A stretch of DNA of 41,403 nucleotides, from NCBI GenBank assembly GCA_902799285.1, contig CADCAA010000004.1, forward strand, positions 1 through 41,403. The letters are read 5' to 3'. Below the pieces are notes generated by a model. That model was not told the DNA's origin. It made no database searches and worked only from the letters and a program-made list of their open reading frames with translations. Of the stretch, positions 14,481 through 24,355 are shown piece after piece. The DNA comes from an uncultured Pseudomonadota bacterium. GTDB lineage: Bacteria > Pseudomonadota > Alphaproteobacteria > Rs-D84. The first letter of the stretch is position 1. Each line of letters begins with the position of its first letter. A program made the position numbers and the translations under genes.

Positions 14481-15608
14481 TTAACCAATTATGACTGCAA
14501 AATATGTGTCGGATGCGATATCTGATGTAGAATTTATTGTTATTGTTACGGTACTGCTGGATGTGTTAACTTCGACACCAACCTCGTCGCCGGTACTGGA
14601 TTCATACACATGGACACCGACATGTTTTGTTGTCAGTGTATTGTTTATATTCCAAACACATACACCACCCGTTGCCGTCAATGCCGGATTTGATACGGTT
14701 AATTTTTGCGTTGCCGTTGCACCCGCAGCCGCGCCCGAACGAATTGTTGCCAAATCCGAAATTGCATCTTGCTTGGCATTCCATGTTGTTTTATCTGCGG
14801 CAGTTACGAATTTATTGGTCGCCGTTGAATCATCTACCAAATCTGAATCCAATTTATTGGCAGATGTAATTTCTGTTTGCAGACCCGCAACCAAATCCGC
14901 AACAGGCACATCAATTGTTGCGCCGCTTTGCAGTGTCAAAACAATCTTTTTATTCGTGGAATCATATGTTCCGTTTACAACCACACTTTCGATTGGGAAA
15001 TCGACCGTTTTGGTACTTAATGCCGTGCCATCTTGGTCTTTTAATGTCATGGTCAAAACATATGTCGTTGTATTCAGAGACAAATCAAATGATGCGCCAT
15101 ATTTCGTACTGGCAGGCAATGCAGAAACATCCGCAGCTGTTGTTGGTACGGTAATATTGACCGTTTTATTAGTAACCGTTTGTGCGGTATTATTAACCTT
15201 GATTGTTTCAATAACGTTTTCTTGAAACCCACTGGGGTTGGTTGCATTATATGGCATAAAACCCAATGCGGTTGTCACATCAGAACCAGAAATTCCGGTA
15301 ATATAACCAGCATCATTTGTTAAATCACTGACATTTACAGGAATATCTGATTTTTTCGCAACAATGGTATAATCAACCGATATTGTTGTTCCAGAAATAT
15401 CAATTCCCGAACCGGCGGTATAGATTCTGCCTTGGGATAATGCATCAATCCATTCGGCACCATTGTATACAAATAATGTATTGGTTGATGTATTAAAATA
15501 ATGTTGTCCTGCCTTGGGCGCAGTGGGTGCCAAAGCCAAATTCTGAAAGACCGCATTTTGCAGTTCATTCTGGGCCAGATCCAAGTCTGCTAAAAATTTA
15601 TATGCCAT
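14481..15608 (-). CDS. Virion structural / fibre protein
   Basis: T-rich; LDLAQNELQNA, VSDLTNDAGYIT, NVIETIKVN motifs common in tail fibres. Confidence 0.75.
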   Translation of the reverse strand: MAYKFLADLDLAQNELQNAVFQNLALAPTAPKAGQHYFNTSTNTLFVYNGAEWIDALSQGRIYTAGSGIDISGTTISVDYTIVAKKSDIPVNVSDLTNDAGYITGISGSDVTTALGFMPYNATNPSGFQENVIETIKVNNTAQTVTNKTVNITVPTTAADVSALPASTKYGASFDLSLNTTTYVLTMTLKDQDGTALSTKTVDFPIESVVVNGTYDSTNKKIVLTLQSGATIDVPVADLVAGLQTEITSANKLDSDLVDDSTATNKFVTAADKTTWNAKQDAISDLATIRSGAAAGATATQKLTVSNPALTATGGVCVWNINNTLTTKHVGVHVYESSTGDEVGVEVNTSSSTVTITINSTSDIASDTYFAVIIG

Positions 15609-15620
15609 ATTTTACTCCTT

Positions 15621-15929
15621 TTAATTTAGATAAGCCTTGCCTTTGAATGGGCTGCTAAATTTAACAACAATCGTATTTTCATCATAAAATTCTCTTTCAC
15701 ACCCAACAACAGTCCCGGCACTATCGACCACGGTAATTGATGGATGTTTGCCAAGATTGTGTGGAATTATCCACACATTTGACGCGGTCCCTTGGGTATA
15801 TGTATATGTGCCACAACACGGTTTTGGTTTTTTATTCACAATAACTGTACTTTTTACCTCCACTGTATTTGGTACCGGTGGTTCTGGGTTTTCGTTATTT
15901 ATAACAAAATTATTTCTTACATCGACCAA
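15621..15929 (-). CDS. Small virion protein
   Basis: QGTASNVWIIPHNLGKHPSITVVDSAG...FSSPFKGKAYLN. Confidence 0.7.
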   Translation of the reverse strand: MVDVRNNFVINNENPEPPVPNTVEVKSTVIVNKKPKPCCGTYTYTQGTASNVWIIPHNLGKHPSITVVDSAGTVVGCEREFYDENTIVVKFSSPFKGKAYLN

Positions 15930-15956
15930 TATAATCCCCTATTTTTATTGGTTTTA

Positions 15957-16970
15957 TTATGCTGTTCTGCGCCATACATTAACTACGTATGCTGGTGGTT
16001 GAACCGTCGAACTTTTGCCATAAATAGAATTAGAATTAGCAGCATTAAAATCATACTTTCTTTGGCTCGTAATCCCAGCGCCTTGCGCAAGATAATATTG
16101 ACTTTCGGTACTTGGGGTCCCAGAAAAAGCACCTGTATGAGCGATTGCAGATGCGCCCAGACAGTCTGCCGAGAATTTTCCGGTGATATTTGGTAATCCT
16201 GCATCAATTGTAGTATTTCCATTAGTGCCATTACCTGTCCATAACGCTTTGCCGCTTGGTACTAATTCCCAAGTTGAATTTGGTATAAGAATTGCCATGG
16301 GACATGTGGATTGTGTACCAAAATATAATGAACCAACGGGATATACCGCCCCCAAAACATTGGAAACAAATGCCGTTGTTGCAATCTGCGTGCTACTGTT
16401 TCCTGTTGGTGGCGTTGGTGCGGTTGGCGTGCCAGTTAGTGCCGCATCTTGGAATGAAATAATTTTTGGCCACCATGACCATTCGTCATCGGTATGATTA
16501 TATTGCGCCCAACCACCCTGTTGTCCATCTTGTTCGGGTATGTCCCAGAATTTTGATGTAATCAAAATTGTAAAATCAATGTCGGCCGGTGGAACAAATG
16601 TCCCCGTTTGGGTCCAACCCGACAAATCACTTTTTGCCGAATATGTATTCAATGTTGTGAAATCAATATAATTTTGTTCCGGCAATGTGGGATTTGGCAC
16701 TGTAAAATTGGCGGTTGTTTTACCAAACCAATATGATCCCTTGGTTACCCCGGATGTTGCGGCACGTTCCGTCAAATATTTAATTGCATCGGCAATTTGA
16801 TGCAAATTTTCGTCTGTGGGTGTCATATCCGCCGCCACAATTACCGCCAATAATTCATCCAAAACCGTATTAAAAAATTCGGCATCCGGATTTGAACCGG
16901 CAATTGTTGGTTGCGCGTTTACATATCTTTCTGATGCTGATGTTGCCCCATGTGGTGCTATCCATTTCAT
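15957..16970 (-). CDS. Baseplate-anchored tail fibre protein
   Basis: N-terminal FNTVLDEL..VI.AA anchor, ALTGTPTAPT...QIATTAFV, C-terminal YPVGSLY...WRRTA domain. Confidence 0.85.
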   Translation of the reverse strand: MKWIAPHGATSASERYVNAQPTIAGSNPDAEFFNTVLDELLAVIVAADMTPTDENLHQIADAIKYLTERAATSGVTKGSYWFGKTTANFTVPNPTLPEQNYIDFTTLNTYSAKSDLSGWTQTGTFVPPADIDFTILITSKFWDIPEQDGQQGGWAQYNHTDDEWSWWPKIISFQDAALTGTPTAPTPPTGNSSTQIATTAFVSNVLGAVYPVGSLYFGTQSTCPMAILIPNSTWELVPSGKALWTGNGTNGNTTIDAGLPNITGKFSADCLGASAIAHTGAFSGTPSTESQYYLAQGAGITSQRKYDFNAANSNSIYGKSSTVQPPAYVVNVWRRTA

Positions 16971-16985
16971 ATTTTACCCCTTTGT

Positions 16986-17531
16986 TTAACCTGCCACTGT
17001 CACCCCAAATTGCACATGCGCCGGCAGGAACGATTCCATATATTTTGTAAAATCGTCCAATGATACATCGCCAGTTGATGACAAAACTTTTATTCCAATC
17101 ATTGATCGGGTTACCCCAATTTCGCGCAAATCCACCCCACATTGTGAATTTGGATCGCCACAGGTAAACGGCAAATGACGGATTATTTCAATTTCATAAC
17201 CAATATCCGCCGCCAATTTAATCAATGCATCCAATGTCGGAAATTGCTTTTTTTGTGATTTTTGTAATATTTGTATGCGCCGTTGTTCCACAGATAACGA
17301 CGTATCGGTCGGAATATTATAATCGGATTCCCATTCCGGCAATAATTCATCGGCAAATTGTACACGTGTTTCCAATGCAATGCGCGACAAATCATTTTCC
17401 AAAATTGCCATACATGCACCAATTGCCCACATCAATTGATGCATTACCGATCCGGGTGCGCGATTCCATGCGGGACCCGCCGGCAATAATGCCAGCGCAG
17501 CATCACGATATTGTGTGTTCGTATGTGCCAT
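16986..17531 (-). CDS. Baseplate protein, Mu gp48/YmfQ (DUF2313)-like
   Basis: LLPAGPAW...LLPEWE...PAH. Confidence 0.85.
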   Translation of the reverse strand: MAHTNTQYRDAALALLPAGPAWNRAPGSVMHQLMWAIGACMAILENDLSRIALETRVQFADELLPEWESDYNIPTDTSLSVEQRRIQILQKSQKKQFPTLDALIKLAADIGYEIEIIRHLPFTCGDPNSQCGVDLREIGVTRSMIGIKVLSSTGDVSLDDFTKYMESFLPAHVQFGVTVAG

Positions 17532-18601
17532 TATTCACCCGTCCCATATGTTATTGTTCCCAAAACAGCAATTCCATTGACCGGAACCGTTGTATCGGTC
17601 ACCGGTTGCGCCAATACATGTGAAATTTCGCCTGGGGTTGACCCAATTGCGGTTTCAATTTGCCCACGATATACCGTTTCACCAAAGTTATATCCGGCAA
17701 ATAATAAACCCAATGAGTCATTAATCGCACTTTTTAACTGTTCAGAATTCGGTGTTAAATCATTAATTGTTATATTTATCACCGTGGGTTCGGGTGCAAA
17801 TACAATTATTTCATTCAAATCCGCCGGCATTATTGATTCCAAATATTCTTTCATATCGGCAATATCACCAGCATGCGGTATGCCATCATCGTATGTATTG
17901 TCCATCATAAATGTTACACCGACTGTGCCGGCCCCAGCATATGTCCGATATGCCCGCGCACGTGTAACACCGGGGCGCGACAATGCCGCGTTTTCATAAA
18001 ATATCGTGTCCCCGGCACCGGCCTCGCTACGCAATGCCAATAATAACCGGGCACGATATGCCTCGGTTTCTTCGGTTTCGGCACCACCGGTTATACCGTT
18101 GGAATCAGCAGTCGCCACACTTAACAATCCGGCAATTGGATTTACCAAAGTAAATTCCGTATTTGGATCCGCGTTTCCATTTAATCCTGTGGATGTTGCC
18201 TGGACCGGAACGGTTACCGTCCCATTTGATTCCACAACCGCGTCGGCCGTTGTTTTGTATTGTTGTTCGGACACGGTTGAATACAATGTCCCCAATGGTA
18301 TATTTGTCCCGGCCGTTCCGGTAATAATAATATTTCCGGTGGCAAACGATGCCTTTTTCCGGAATACACCCATATCCGACCCACGCGCCATTAAACCATT
18401 GATATCTGCGGTTGTTATAAAAAAATTCTTGGCCATTTCATCCAGATATACATATAAATCCAGATGCAACGCGGCAATAACTTTTGCCAATACATTAAAT
18501 ACAGATTGTTTAATAAACGCATTTGCGTGTTCCACATATGTGTTTATGTTTGTACAAACCCTGTTGATTAATTCTGTAAGTGTTGGACGTGTAAAAGCCA
18601 T
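17531..18601 (-). CDS. Baseplate J / Mu gp47-like protein
   Basis: MAFTRPTLTEL, GGAETE..EAYRARLL, GAGTVGV. Confidence 0.9.
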   Translation of the reverse strand: MAFTRPTLTELINRVCTNINTYVEHANAFIKQSVFNVLAKVIAALHLDLYVYLDEMAKNFFITTADINGLMARGSDMGVFRKKASFATGNIIITGTAGTNIPLGTLYSTVSEQQYKTTADAVVESNGTVTVPVQATSTGLNGNADPNTEFTLVNPIAGLLSVATADSNGITGGAETEETEAYRARLLLALRSEAGAGDTIFYENAALSRPGVTRARAYRTYAGAGTVGVTFMMDNTYDDGIPHAGDIADMKEYLESIMPADLNEIIVFAPEPTVINITINDLTPNSEQLKSAINDSLGLLFAGYNFGETVYRGQIETAIGSTPGEISHVLAQPVTDTTVPVNGIAVLGTITYGTGE

Positions 18602-18604
18602 TGT

Positions 18605-19066
18605 TTATTTCCCCCAGTTCAAAATATCGGCATAAATCAAACTTTGTATTTCCCCATTTGCCATGGTCAAAGTAATGGTCAAATCAATTTGCGAAATCGC
18701 AGGACGTGTCGCAGATACAGAAAATTCCAAAACCGATGATTCATTTGATAACCAATCCAACGATTCACGCGCATATGATTCAATGTTTGCCAGTGTTTCG
18801 TCTGTTATTTTTCCGTTTATTTCCCATATTCTGGATCCAAATGTTCCGGGTGTTTCACTGTCGCGCGATACGACATCATCACCCCAATAACCGCCGTTTT
18901 TAACACCCACCGGTATTTCATCACCATCAGCGGGTGCGGCCCAAGTAAATAATGATATGATTATCCGATTTGCCAGCCCCGAACCCAATTTCAAATCGCC
19001 GTTTGCGACCCGGATATCCAAATCGGTTTCGCTTTGTTGATAATTAAGTTCGATGTCGCGTTCCAT
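18605..19066 (-). CDS. Mu gp46-like baseplate protein
   Basis: IIISLFT...GYWGD...GSRIW...YARESLDWL. Confidence 0.88.
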   Translation of the reverse strand: MERDIELNYQQSETDLDIRVANGDLKLGSGLANRIIISLFTWAAPADGDEIPVGVKNGGYWGDDVVSRDSETPGTFGSRIWEINGKITDETLANIESYARESLDWLSNESSVLEFSVSATRPAISQIDLTITLTMANGEIQSLIYADILNWGK

Positions 19067-19072
19067 ACCAAA

Positions 19073-19110
19073 ATTATGACATTGATGTTGTTTATTTTTT
19101 TCGCAATAAA
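19073..19110 (-). promoter_or_regulatory. Late-promoter motif copy upstream of gp46-like gene (leaderless)
   Basis: TTGCGA 19101-19106, 22-nt spacer, CATAAT 19073-19078, 6 nt before ATG. Confidence 0.65.
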
Positions 19111-19113
19111 TAA

Positions 19114-19740
19114 CTATGCCGTTGGCGGGTTTGTGGTTCCATTTGCAGATGTAGTCCCCGCCATATACGGGAATGTATGAATATGGGTATCCAATGTTTT
19201 GCCCGATCCAGATGTAATATCCCCACCGGCGGTGATGGTACTGGGGGTTGTCATTGTGCCATCTTGGGTAATTATAACACCATTAAGATTTATCCCAGAC
19301 CCGCCCATTATGATATTATTTCCATTTTTATCGGTTAAATTTATGCCAGAATTTGTGGTTGTGACAGTATTTCCAAACGCATCATTTACGGTTATACCAT
19401 CCGCATTTAATTTAACAATTTGCCCCCGCATGTCATAAATTGCCGTATCCCCAGATTCCAGGTTTTTAATGCGGTATTTACGGTCGCCAATGGCAATACT
19501 GATGTATTTTCCGTTGCGTTCCACAATTATCGAATCCAAACCCGCCGGTGGATTCGATGTAAATCCAAATTGCCCGAATTTTTCAATATTGTCATAGACA
19601 CTGCGCCCGATGGTTTGCACTTGCATTTTTTGCAAATCCCCAGAATCATCCACCATTTTTATGACCGAACCCATAATAACGCGGCGAATGCGTGCCAAGA
19701 TCGGTGTCAATAATCGTTGAAATGCACGAATTGAATCCAT
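19114..19740 (-). CDS. Baseplate spike, Mu gp45-like
   Basis: QFGFTSNPP, DRKYRIKNLESGDTAIYD, C-terminal HIH metal-binding tip. Confidence 0.9.
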   Translation of the reverse strand: MDSIRAFQRLLTPILARIRRVIMGSVIKMVDDSGDLQKMQVQTIGRSVYDNIEKFGQFGFTSNPPAGLDSIIVERNGKYISIAIGDRKYRIKNLESGDTAIYDMRGQIVKLNADGITVNDAFGNTVTTTNSGINLTDKNGNNIIMGGSGINLNGVIITQDGTMTTPSTITAGGDITSGSGKTLDTHIHTFPYMAGTTSANGTTNPPTA

Positions 19741-20843
19741 TATGCAACCTCTGTATTATTATAAAACCAAGGATCACGATTGCGGGTTTTTGAAATATAG
19801 TTTTTAATCAGTGCATTTGGATACACTAATTTTAAATCAGCGGTGCATCCGGATGTGTTTGAAACCGTCAAATCCACCGATTTTACAATCAATCTGTTAT
19901 CAACATGGGCAAATTCATCCACCAAATTTACAATAGTACCACCATGCAAAATATTGCCCAAATCGTCCGTCCATCCATTGATTTTATACCCAAATTCAGC
20001 CGATGCGGCAATTGCGGACCGATATTCTTGTTCCGCAGAATTAATGTCGGCATTGGAATCTTGGTTTGTTTGGGCAATAACCACCTTTGGCCGGTACCGG
20101 CTGATACCGGAATCTTTGTATGTTCCCGATGCCATATATGCATATTCGGCGGTTTCATCGCCATCAACGGCGGTATCTTGGGATTCGACAATATATTCTG
20201 AAAACCTATCACGTGATGAAAATTTAACATCCGCAGACAACACGTTTGACATTTCTGATTGCGGTTTGTTATAAATCGTTGCAACCGATACATCGGCGGC
20301 CAAATCGGTTATTATTAAATTGCCATCGACATCATCTGTATAAAAAACACCGCCACGTTTGCAAATTTCGGTTATAATTCCGGCGCATGTGTCGCCAACA
20401 TTGGCATTGTATTCGCCAATGGTCCAATCATGGCATTTCCAAATGACATTTATGCCAAATGGTCGGCATATTTCCATGATTGTGCGCATCGCCGATTGAC
20501 CGTTGAATTGTGCATCACCGGTATAGGAACAATCCACCAAATCGGCGGTTTTACTGCGCGCGCGAATTACTATATCATGCGATGTTCCGCTGTAATTTAC
20601 CGAAACATTGTCAATGTATCCGGTCAAAACCGTTTTATCATCGCAAATTACCGATATTGGTGACCCCATTGTTAAATTTCCGGCTGCCGATGTGGCATCC
20701 AAATTATCCGATACAGACAATGATACTTCGCGGGCAATTTCACCAATTGCCATATGAATATTTGCAGATTTCCAAAACGAATACCGCCGTCCGTCTAATT
20801 TTACGGCAATATCAGATGTTTCAAAATCGTTGTTTTTCGTCAT
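19740..20843 (-). CDS. Baseplate hub, Mu gp44/P-like
   Basis: VLTGYID, RSKTADLVDCS, RFSEY, RYRP. Confidence 0.9.
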   Translation of the reverse strand: MTKNNDFETSDIAVKLDGRRYSFWKSANIHMAIGEIAREVSLSVSDNLDATSAAGNLTMGSPISVICDDKTVLTGYIDNVSVNYSGTSHDIVIRARSKTADLVDCSYTGDAQFNGQSAMRTIMEICRPFGINVIWKCHDWTIGEYNANVGDTCAGIITEICKRGGVFYTDDVDGNLIITDLAADVSVATIYNKPQSEMSNVLSADVKFSSRDRFSEYIVESQDTAVDGDETAEYAYMASGTYKDSGISRYRPKVVIAQTNQDSNADINSAEQEYRSAIAASAEFGYKINGWTDDLGNILHGGTIVNLVDEFAHVDNRLIVKSVDLTVSNTSGCTADLKLVYPNALIKNYISKTRNRDPWFYNNTEVA

Positions 20844-22054
20844 TTATCCAAAACCTTAATTCCAATTCCGGATGGCAAAAATGTGGGATTTTGCACCAAA
20901 TTTTGCGTTGCAATGTCCACCCCGCGTGATTGGTCATTGTATAATTCATGTGCCAAAACGCGTGCAGGGGTCGATACATTTAATTCAATTTCGCGCTCTT
21001 CGGGCAATCTGGCAATAATTTCATTGCAAACCGCAACCGCATTTGTTGTTGCATCCGCCACGGCGGTGGTAAATTCAACCGACATATCAATATCAGAATT
21101 CAATATTTTGTCCGCTGAATTCAATAAATCGTCACGAATTTCGATAATATCGCGCCGGCGGGAAACATCGATGTCCGCCAAAGTGGTTATTGCCCCAGAT
21201 ATAGATGTTGCAATATTAAAATTATTTGTCCGGACGGTTGCGCGATGTGTTGATTTGCCACTTTCGGTCAATTGTAAAATATTTTCTGGTTTTACATCTG
21301 TATCCGCAGAATGCAAAACATTATGGATATTTTTCTTGGTTGCGGGCAATAATTGATTTATAACAGCAACCGCACCTTGGACGCGTGCCGACCATTTATC
21401 TGGGGTGGCAAGCAAAGTTTCGACATTATTTTTCAAATCATCCAATTCCAGCGCAACAGAAACGGCAGAATCAATTCCGCCCGTCAATGTATCGGCGGTA
21501 TCTTGGATTCCATCCACAATTTGGGATAAATTATCAACGATTGCAGATGCCACAGATGATACCGTTGAAACAGAATCAGCCACGTAATCGGCGGACAATT
21601 TCAAAAATTCTGTGGCGGATGCAATATTTAATGCCCCCGCAATAGATGCCAGACGATCCACTAATGCAGATGTTATCATTGGTGCGGGTTGTGCGCCGGA
21701 TTCCACAAATGTTATTGTGAATTCGGATTCGTATATTTTTAATGATTCATGGACATTATAACCATCGACACAAACGGTGTATTTTTTACCGTTTGGATGC
21801 ACCAATTCACCGGGGCCACGCAAATCCAATGCGTCTTGCAGACGTGTTGCGCGTTTTCGCCAATCTTTGCCATTTACAAATGCGGTCAATTGAATTTTGT
21901 ATGCCTTGCGCCCCAAATCTTCGGTCATTGGGGTATTGGATCCGGGGTATTCGTGTGTTTCCAACCGCCGTCCAGATTCATAAGTATCATCGCGGACATC
22001 AAATTCCACCCCACGAAACGATGCTTTTCTGTTATATTTTTTGAAATCTGTCAT
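20840..22054 (-). CDS. Mu N-like DNA circulation protein
   Basis: ASFRGVEF, GRRLETHEYP, EDLGR, GPGELVHP, NPTFLP. Confidence 0.9.
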   Translation of the reverse strand: MTDFKKYNRKASFRGVEFDVRDDTYESGRRLETHEYPGSNTPMTEDLGRKAYKIQLTAFVNGKDWRKRATRLQDALDLRGPGELVHPNGKKYTVCVDGYNVHESLKIYESEFTITFVESGAQPAPMITSALVDRLASIAGALNIASATEFLKLSADYVADSVSTVSSVASAIVDNLSQIVDGIQDTADTLTGGIDSAVSVALELDDLKNNVETLLATPDKWSARVQGAVAVINQLLPATKKNIHNVLHSADTDVKPENILQLTESGKSTHRATVRTNNFNIATSISGAITTLADIDVSRRRDIIEIRDDLLNSADKILNSDIDMSVEFTTAVADATTNAVAVCNEIIARLPEEREIELNVSTPARVLAHELYNDQSRGVDIATQNLVQNPTFLPSGIGIKVLDK

Positions 22055-23526
22055 TGTATTGTTCCCCCATTTGCCCCACGATAAATTTCCAAATCCAGAT
22101 TTGTGTCACGTGATACCGTATCAATCCGTGTCATTGGTGGCGTGTTATCAAACCGGACATTGATGTCGGCACTTTGCCGGATACCGCCTGATGTTGCAAT
22201 TTGTATCTGGGAATCCGACAATGGCGACATTTGCAAACCGGACGACATGCCGGGTGAATATTTTGGTAAAATATTCATTTCGCGCAATGTATCATCCGCC
22301 GCCGCACGTTGTTCCACGGTTAATGTATTACCACCAAATAAACCAGCAACCCATTGTGCTGCATTTTTCAATGCGTCAAATATACGTTTTAATATTTTGC
22401 ATTTATCAATCGTTTTTTGGATCCATGCGGTAAAATCTTTCCAATGATATATCAAAGCAACAATTCCGGCGGTTAATGCAACAATTCCCGCAATAATCCA
22501 TGTTATTGGACTGGCCCATAATGCCGCATTAAATATACCGGTCGCCACTGCCAAATTTTTTAATGCGCCGGCCAGTTTTATAATATTTAATATCAATCCG
22601 GCGGCCTTGGCAAAAAACAATACATAAACCAATTCAGAATATTTGGCAAATAATTTAACCAAAGGTCCCATGATTGTGGCAATGTTTTTCAAAACATTAA
22701 ACAGATTTGTTCCCCATTCAACCGCCTTGGTCGCAATCAATTCTTTGTTTTGGGAAATCCATTCCGAAATTTTATTGACCACGGGGGTTAAAACCGGCAA
22801 AACCTTGTTCATTATAGTGTATCCGACACCCTCCATGGCCTTGCGGACACGAACAACGGCACGTCCCCATTCATCCGCGGCAGTACCACCCTGTTCAGAA
22901 ACAAGACCAAAATTTTCGGCTTCTTTTTCAAATTTTGCCATTGATTCTGCGCCGATATTTGCCAATGAAATCAATTCTTGGCCGGCTTTTCCAAATGCGG
23001 CGGTTGCCAAATATGCTTTTTGTTGGGCGGTGCCGGCCTTGTTAATTGCCTGCATCATCAGCCGAAATGCCGTTTCATTGTCTTTGGCGGCACGTAATTG
23101 GCGCAATAATTGTGGATTTGATTTTTTAAGTGCCGAATACAATGCACCGGAACCGCTATGCAATTCACCCATGGATTTGGATAATTTTTGTAATGATTTA
23201 TCAAAACCCTCGGTCGATACATCGTTTTGTTCGGCGGCATAACGCAATTTTTGGTATGCTTCGACATTTAACCCGACCACATTGGCCATAGTTTGCAAAT
23301 TGTCCGCTTGGTTCGCCATTTTGTTAATGGCCGCCACCGCCGCCGTTGCGGCACCCCCAAATGTGGTGACAATGCCACGTGCAGAACGTGCGACATTACC
23401 CGCCGCATTTTGCACGGTTTTTAATGCACCCTCGAACTTTTTGAATTTATAAGTCAGCGATTCCAGCGTTTTAGATGCCAGGTCTTTTGCCGAAATCTCA
23501 ACTTCTTTTTTAACCTTTGTTGCCAC
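22051..23526 (-). CDS. Tape measure protein (short, 491 aa)
   Basis: Ala/Lys-rich helical, hydrophobic segments, position after chaperone. Confidence 0.85.
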   Translation of the reverse strand: MATKVKKEVEISAKDLASKTLESLTYKFKKFEGALKTVQNAAGNVARSARGIVTTFGGAATAAVAAINKMANQADNLQTMANVVGLNVEAYQKLRYAAEQNDVSTEGFDKSLQKLSKSMGELHSGSGALYSALKKSNPQLLRQLRAAKDNETAFRLMMQAINKAGTAQQKAYLATAAFGKAGQELISLANIGAESMAKFEKEAENFGLVSEQGGTAADEWGRAVVRVRKAMEGVGYTIMNKVLPVLTPVVNKISEWISQNKELIATKAVEWGTNLFNVLKNIATIMGPLVKLFAKYSELVYVLFFAKAAGLILNIIKLAGALKNLAVATGIFNAALWASPITWIIAGIVALTAGIVALIYHWKDFTAWIQKTIDKCKILKRIFDALKNAAQWVAGLFGGNTLTVEQRAAADDTLREMNILPKYSPGMSSGLQMSPLSDSQIQIATSGGIRQSADINVRFDNTPPMTRIDTVSRDTNLDLEIYRGANGGTIQ

Positions 23527-23692
23527 GGCTCATTTCCTTTGCTTGTTTTTCTGACAAATCGCCAATTTGATCATACAGCCAGTTTAATTCCGTCAACGGC
23601 ATGTTTAATAATTCCGTTGGTGATAAATGGATATAAAAAACCAATTCTGCTACGCGGCACTCGGCGTTTCCGGTGTCGCATTCCCGAAAAAA
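23510..23692 (-). CDS. -1 frameshift extension of tail assembly chaperone (gpGT/gpE'-like)
   Basis: Slippery T TTT TTC at 23692-23686; -1 frame reads RECDTGNAECRVAELVFYIHLSPTELLNMPLTELNWLYDQ... Confidence 0.8.
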   Translation of the reverse strand, partial: FFRECDTGNAECRVAELVFYIHLSPTELLNMPLTELNWLYDQIGDLSEKQAKEMSRGNKG

Positions 23693-23946
23693 GTGACAAT
23701 TCGCATTGCGGCATCGACAAAATCTTCAACCGACAATTTATCAATGTCACCATCGGTCAAATTAGACAATGCAACCAAATATTTGGCACAAACATCCATA
23801 TTCATACCGGCATCGCCATCGGCACCGATTGCAATTGGCATTCCCAATTTTCGAACATCGCGTGTTGTTGGTTCGCGTAATTCGATTGTATCTGTGTCAG
23901 CATCCAATACTTTTATTGGTTTTTTTAATTTGATTGTTATTGTCAT
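23650..23946 (-). CDS. Tail assembly chaperone (Mu gp41-like)
   Basis: LKKPI...LREPTTRD...DIDKLSVEDF. Confidence 0.85.
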   Translation of the reverse strand: MTITIKLKKPIKVLDADTDTIELREPTTRDVRKLGMPIAIGADGDAGMNMDVCAKYLVALSNLTDGDIDKLSVEDFVDAAMRIVTFFGNATPETPSAA

Positions 23947-23974
23947 AATTTGACCCTTTTTGTTTTAATTATGG

Positions 23975-24340
23975 TTATTTTGTTCTGCGTGCGGCCGTTG
24001 GTGAATGGAATTCAACGGTGGCGCGGCCGTCTTGGTCGATTTCCAATGGATCGCCAATGTATGCACAATTAAAGTATGTGTATTGGCGCGTTCCATCCAA
24101 TAAATCCAAAACAATTGTCGCATCAGTCACATTTTCGATGCCCGCCAATGGCAATTCTTCGGTATCAATCAATTGCATTGAAACCTTGGCCGCCGCAGGT
24201 GTTTCTGTGAAACCCGCGACACCGGATTTACCGATGCTGTCTTCGCGGGTTGCGTTCCCCAGTGCATAACTGTAAGAATCGCCAATCCATTTTTTCTTGC
24301 CGTCAATATAAACTGTTGCTTTTCCTGCAATTTGTTTCAT
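23975..24340 (-). CDS. Tail tube protein (Mu-like)
   Basis: IAGKATVYIDG, GVAGFTETP; follows sheath. Confidence 0.85.
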   Translation of the reverse strand: MKQIAGKATVYIDGKKKWIGDSYSYALGNATREDSIGKSGVAGFTETPAAAKVSMQLIDTEELPLAGIENVTDATIVLDLLDGTRQYTYFNCAYIGDPLEIDQDGRATVEFHSPTAARRTK

Positions 24341-24355
24341 ATTTTCCCCCTGTGG

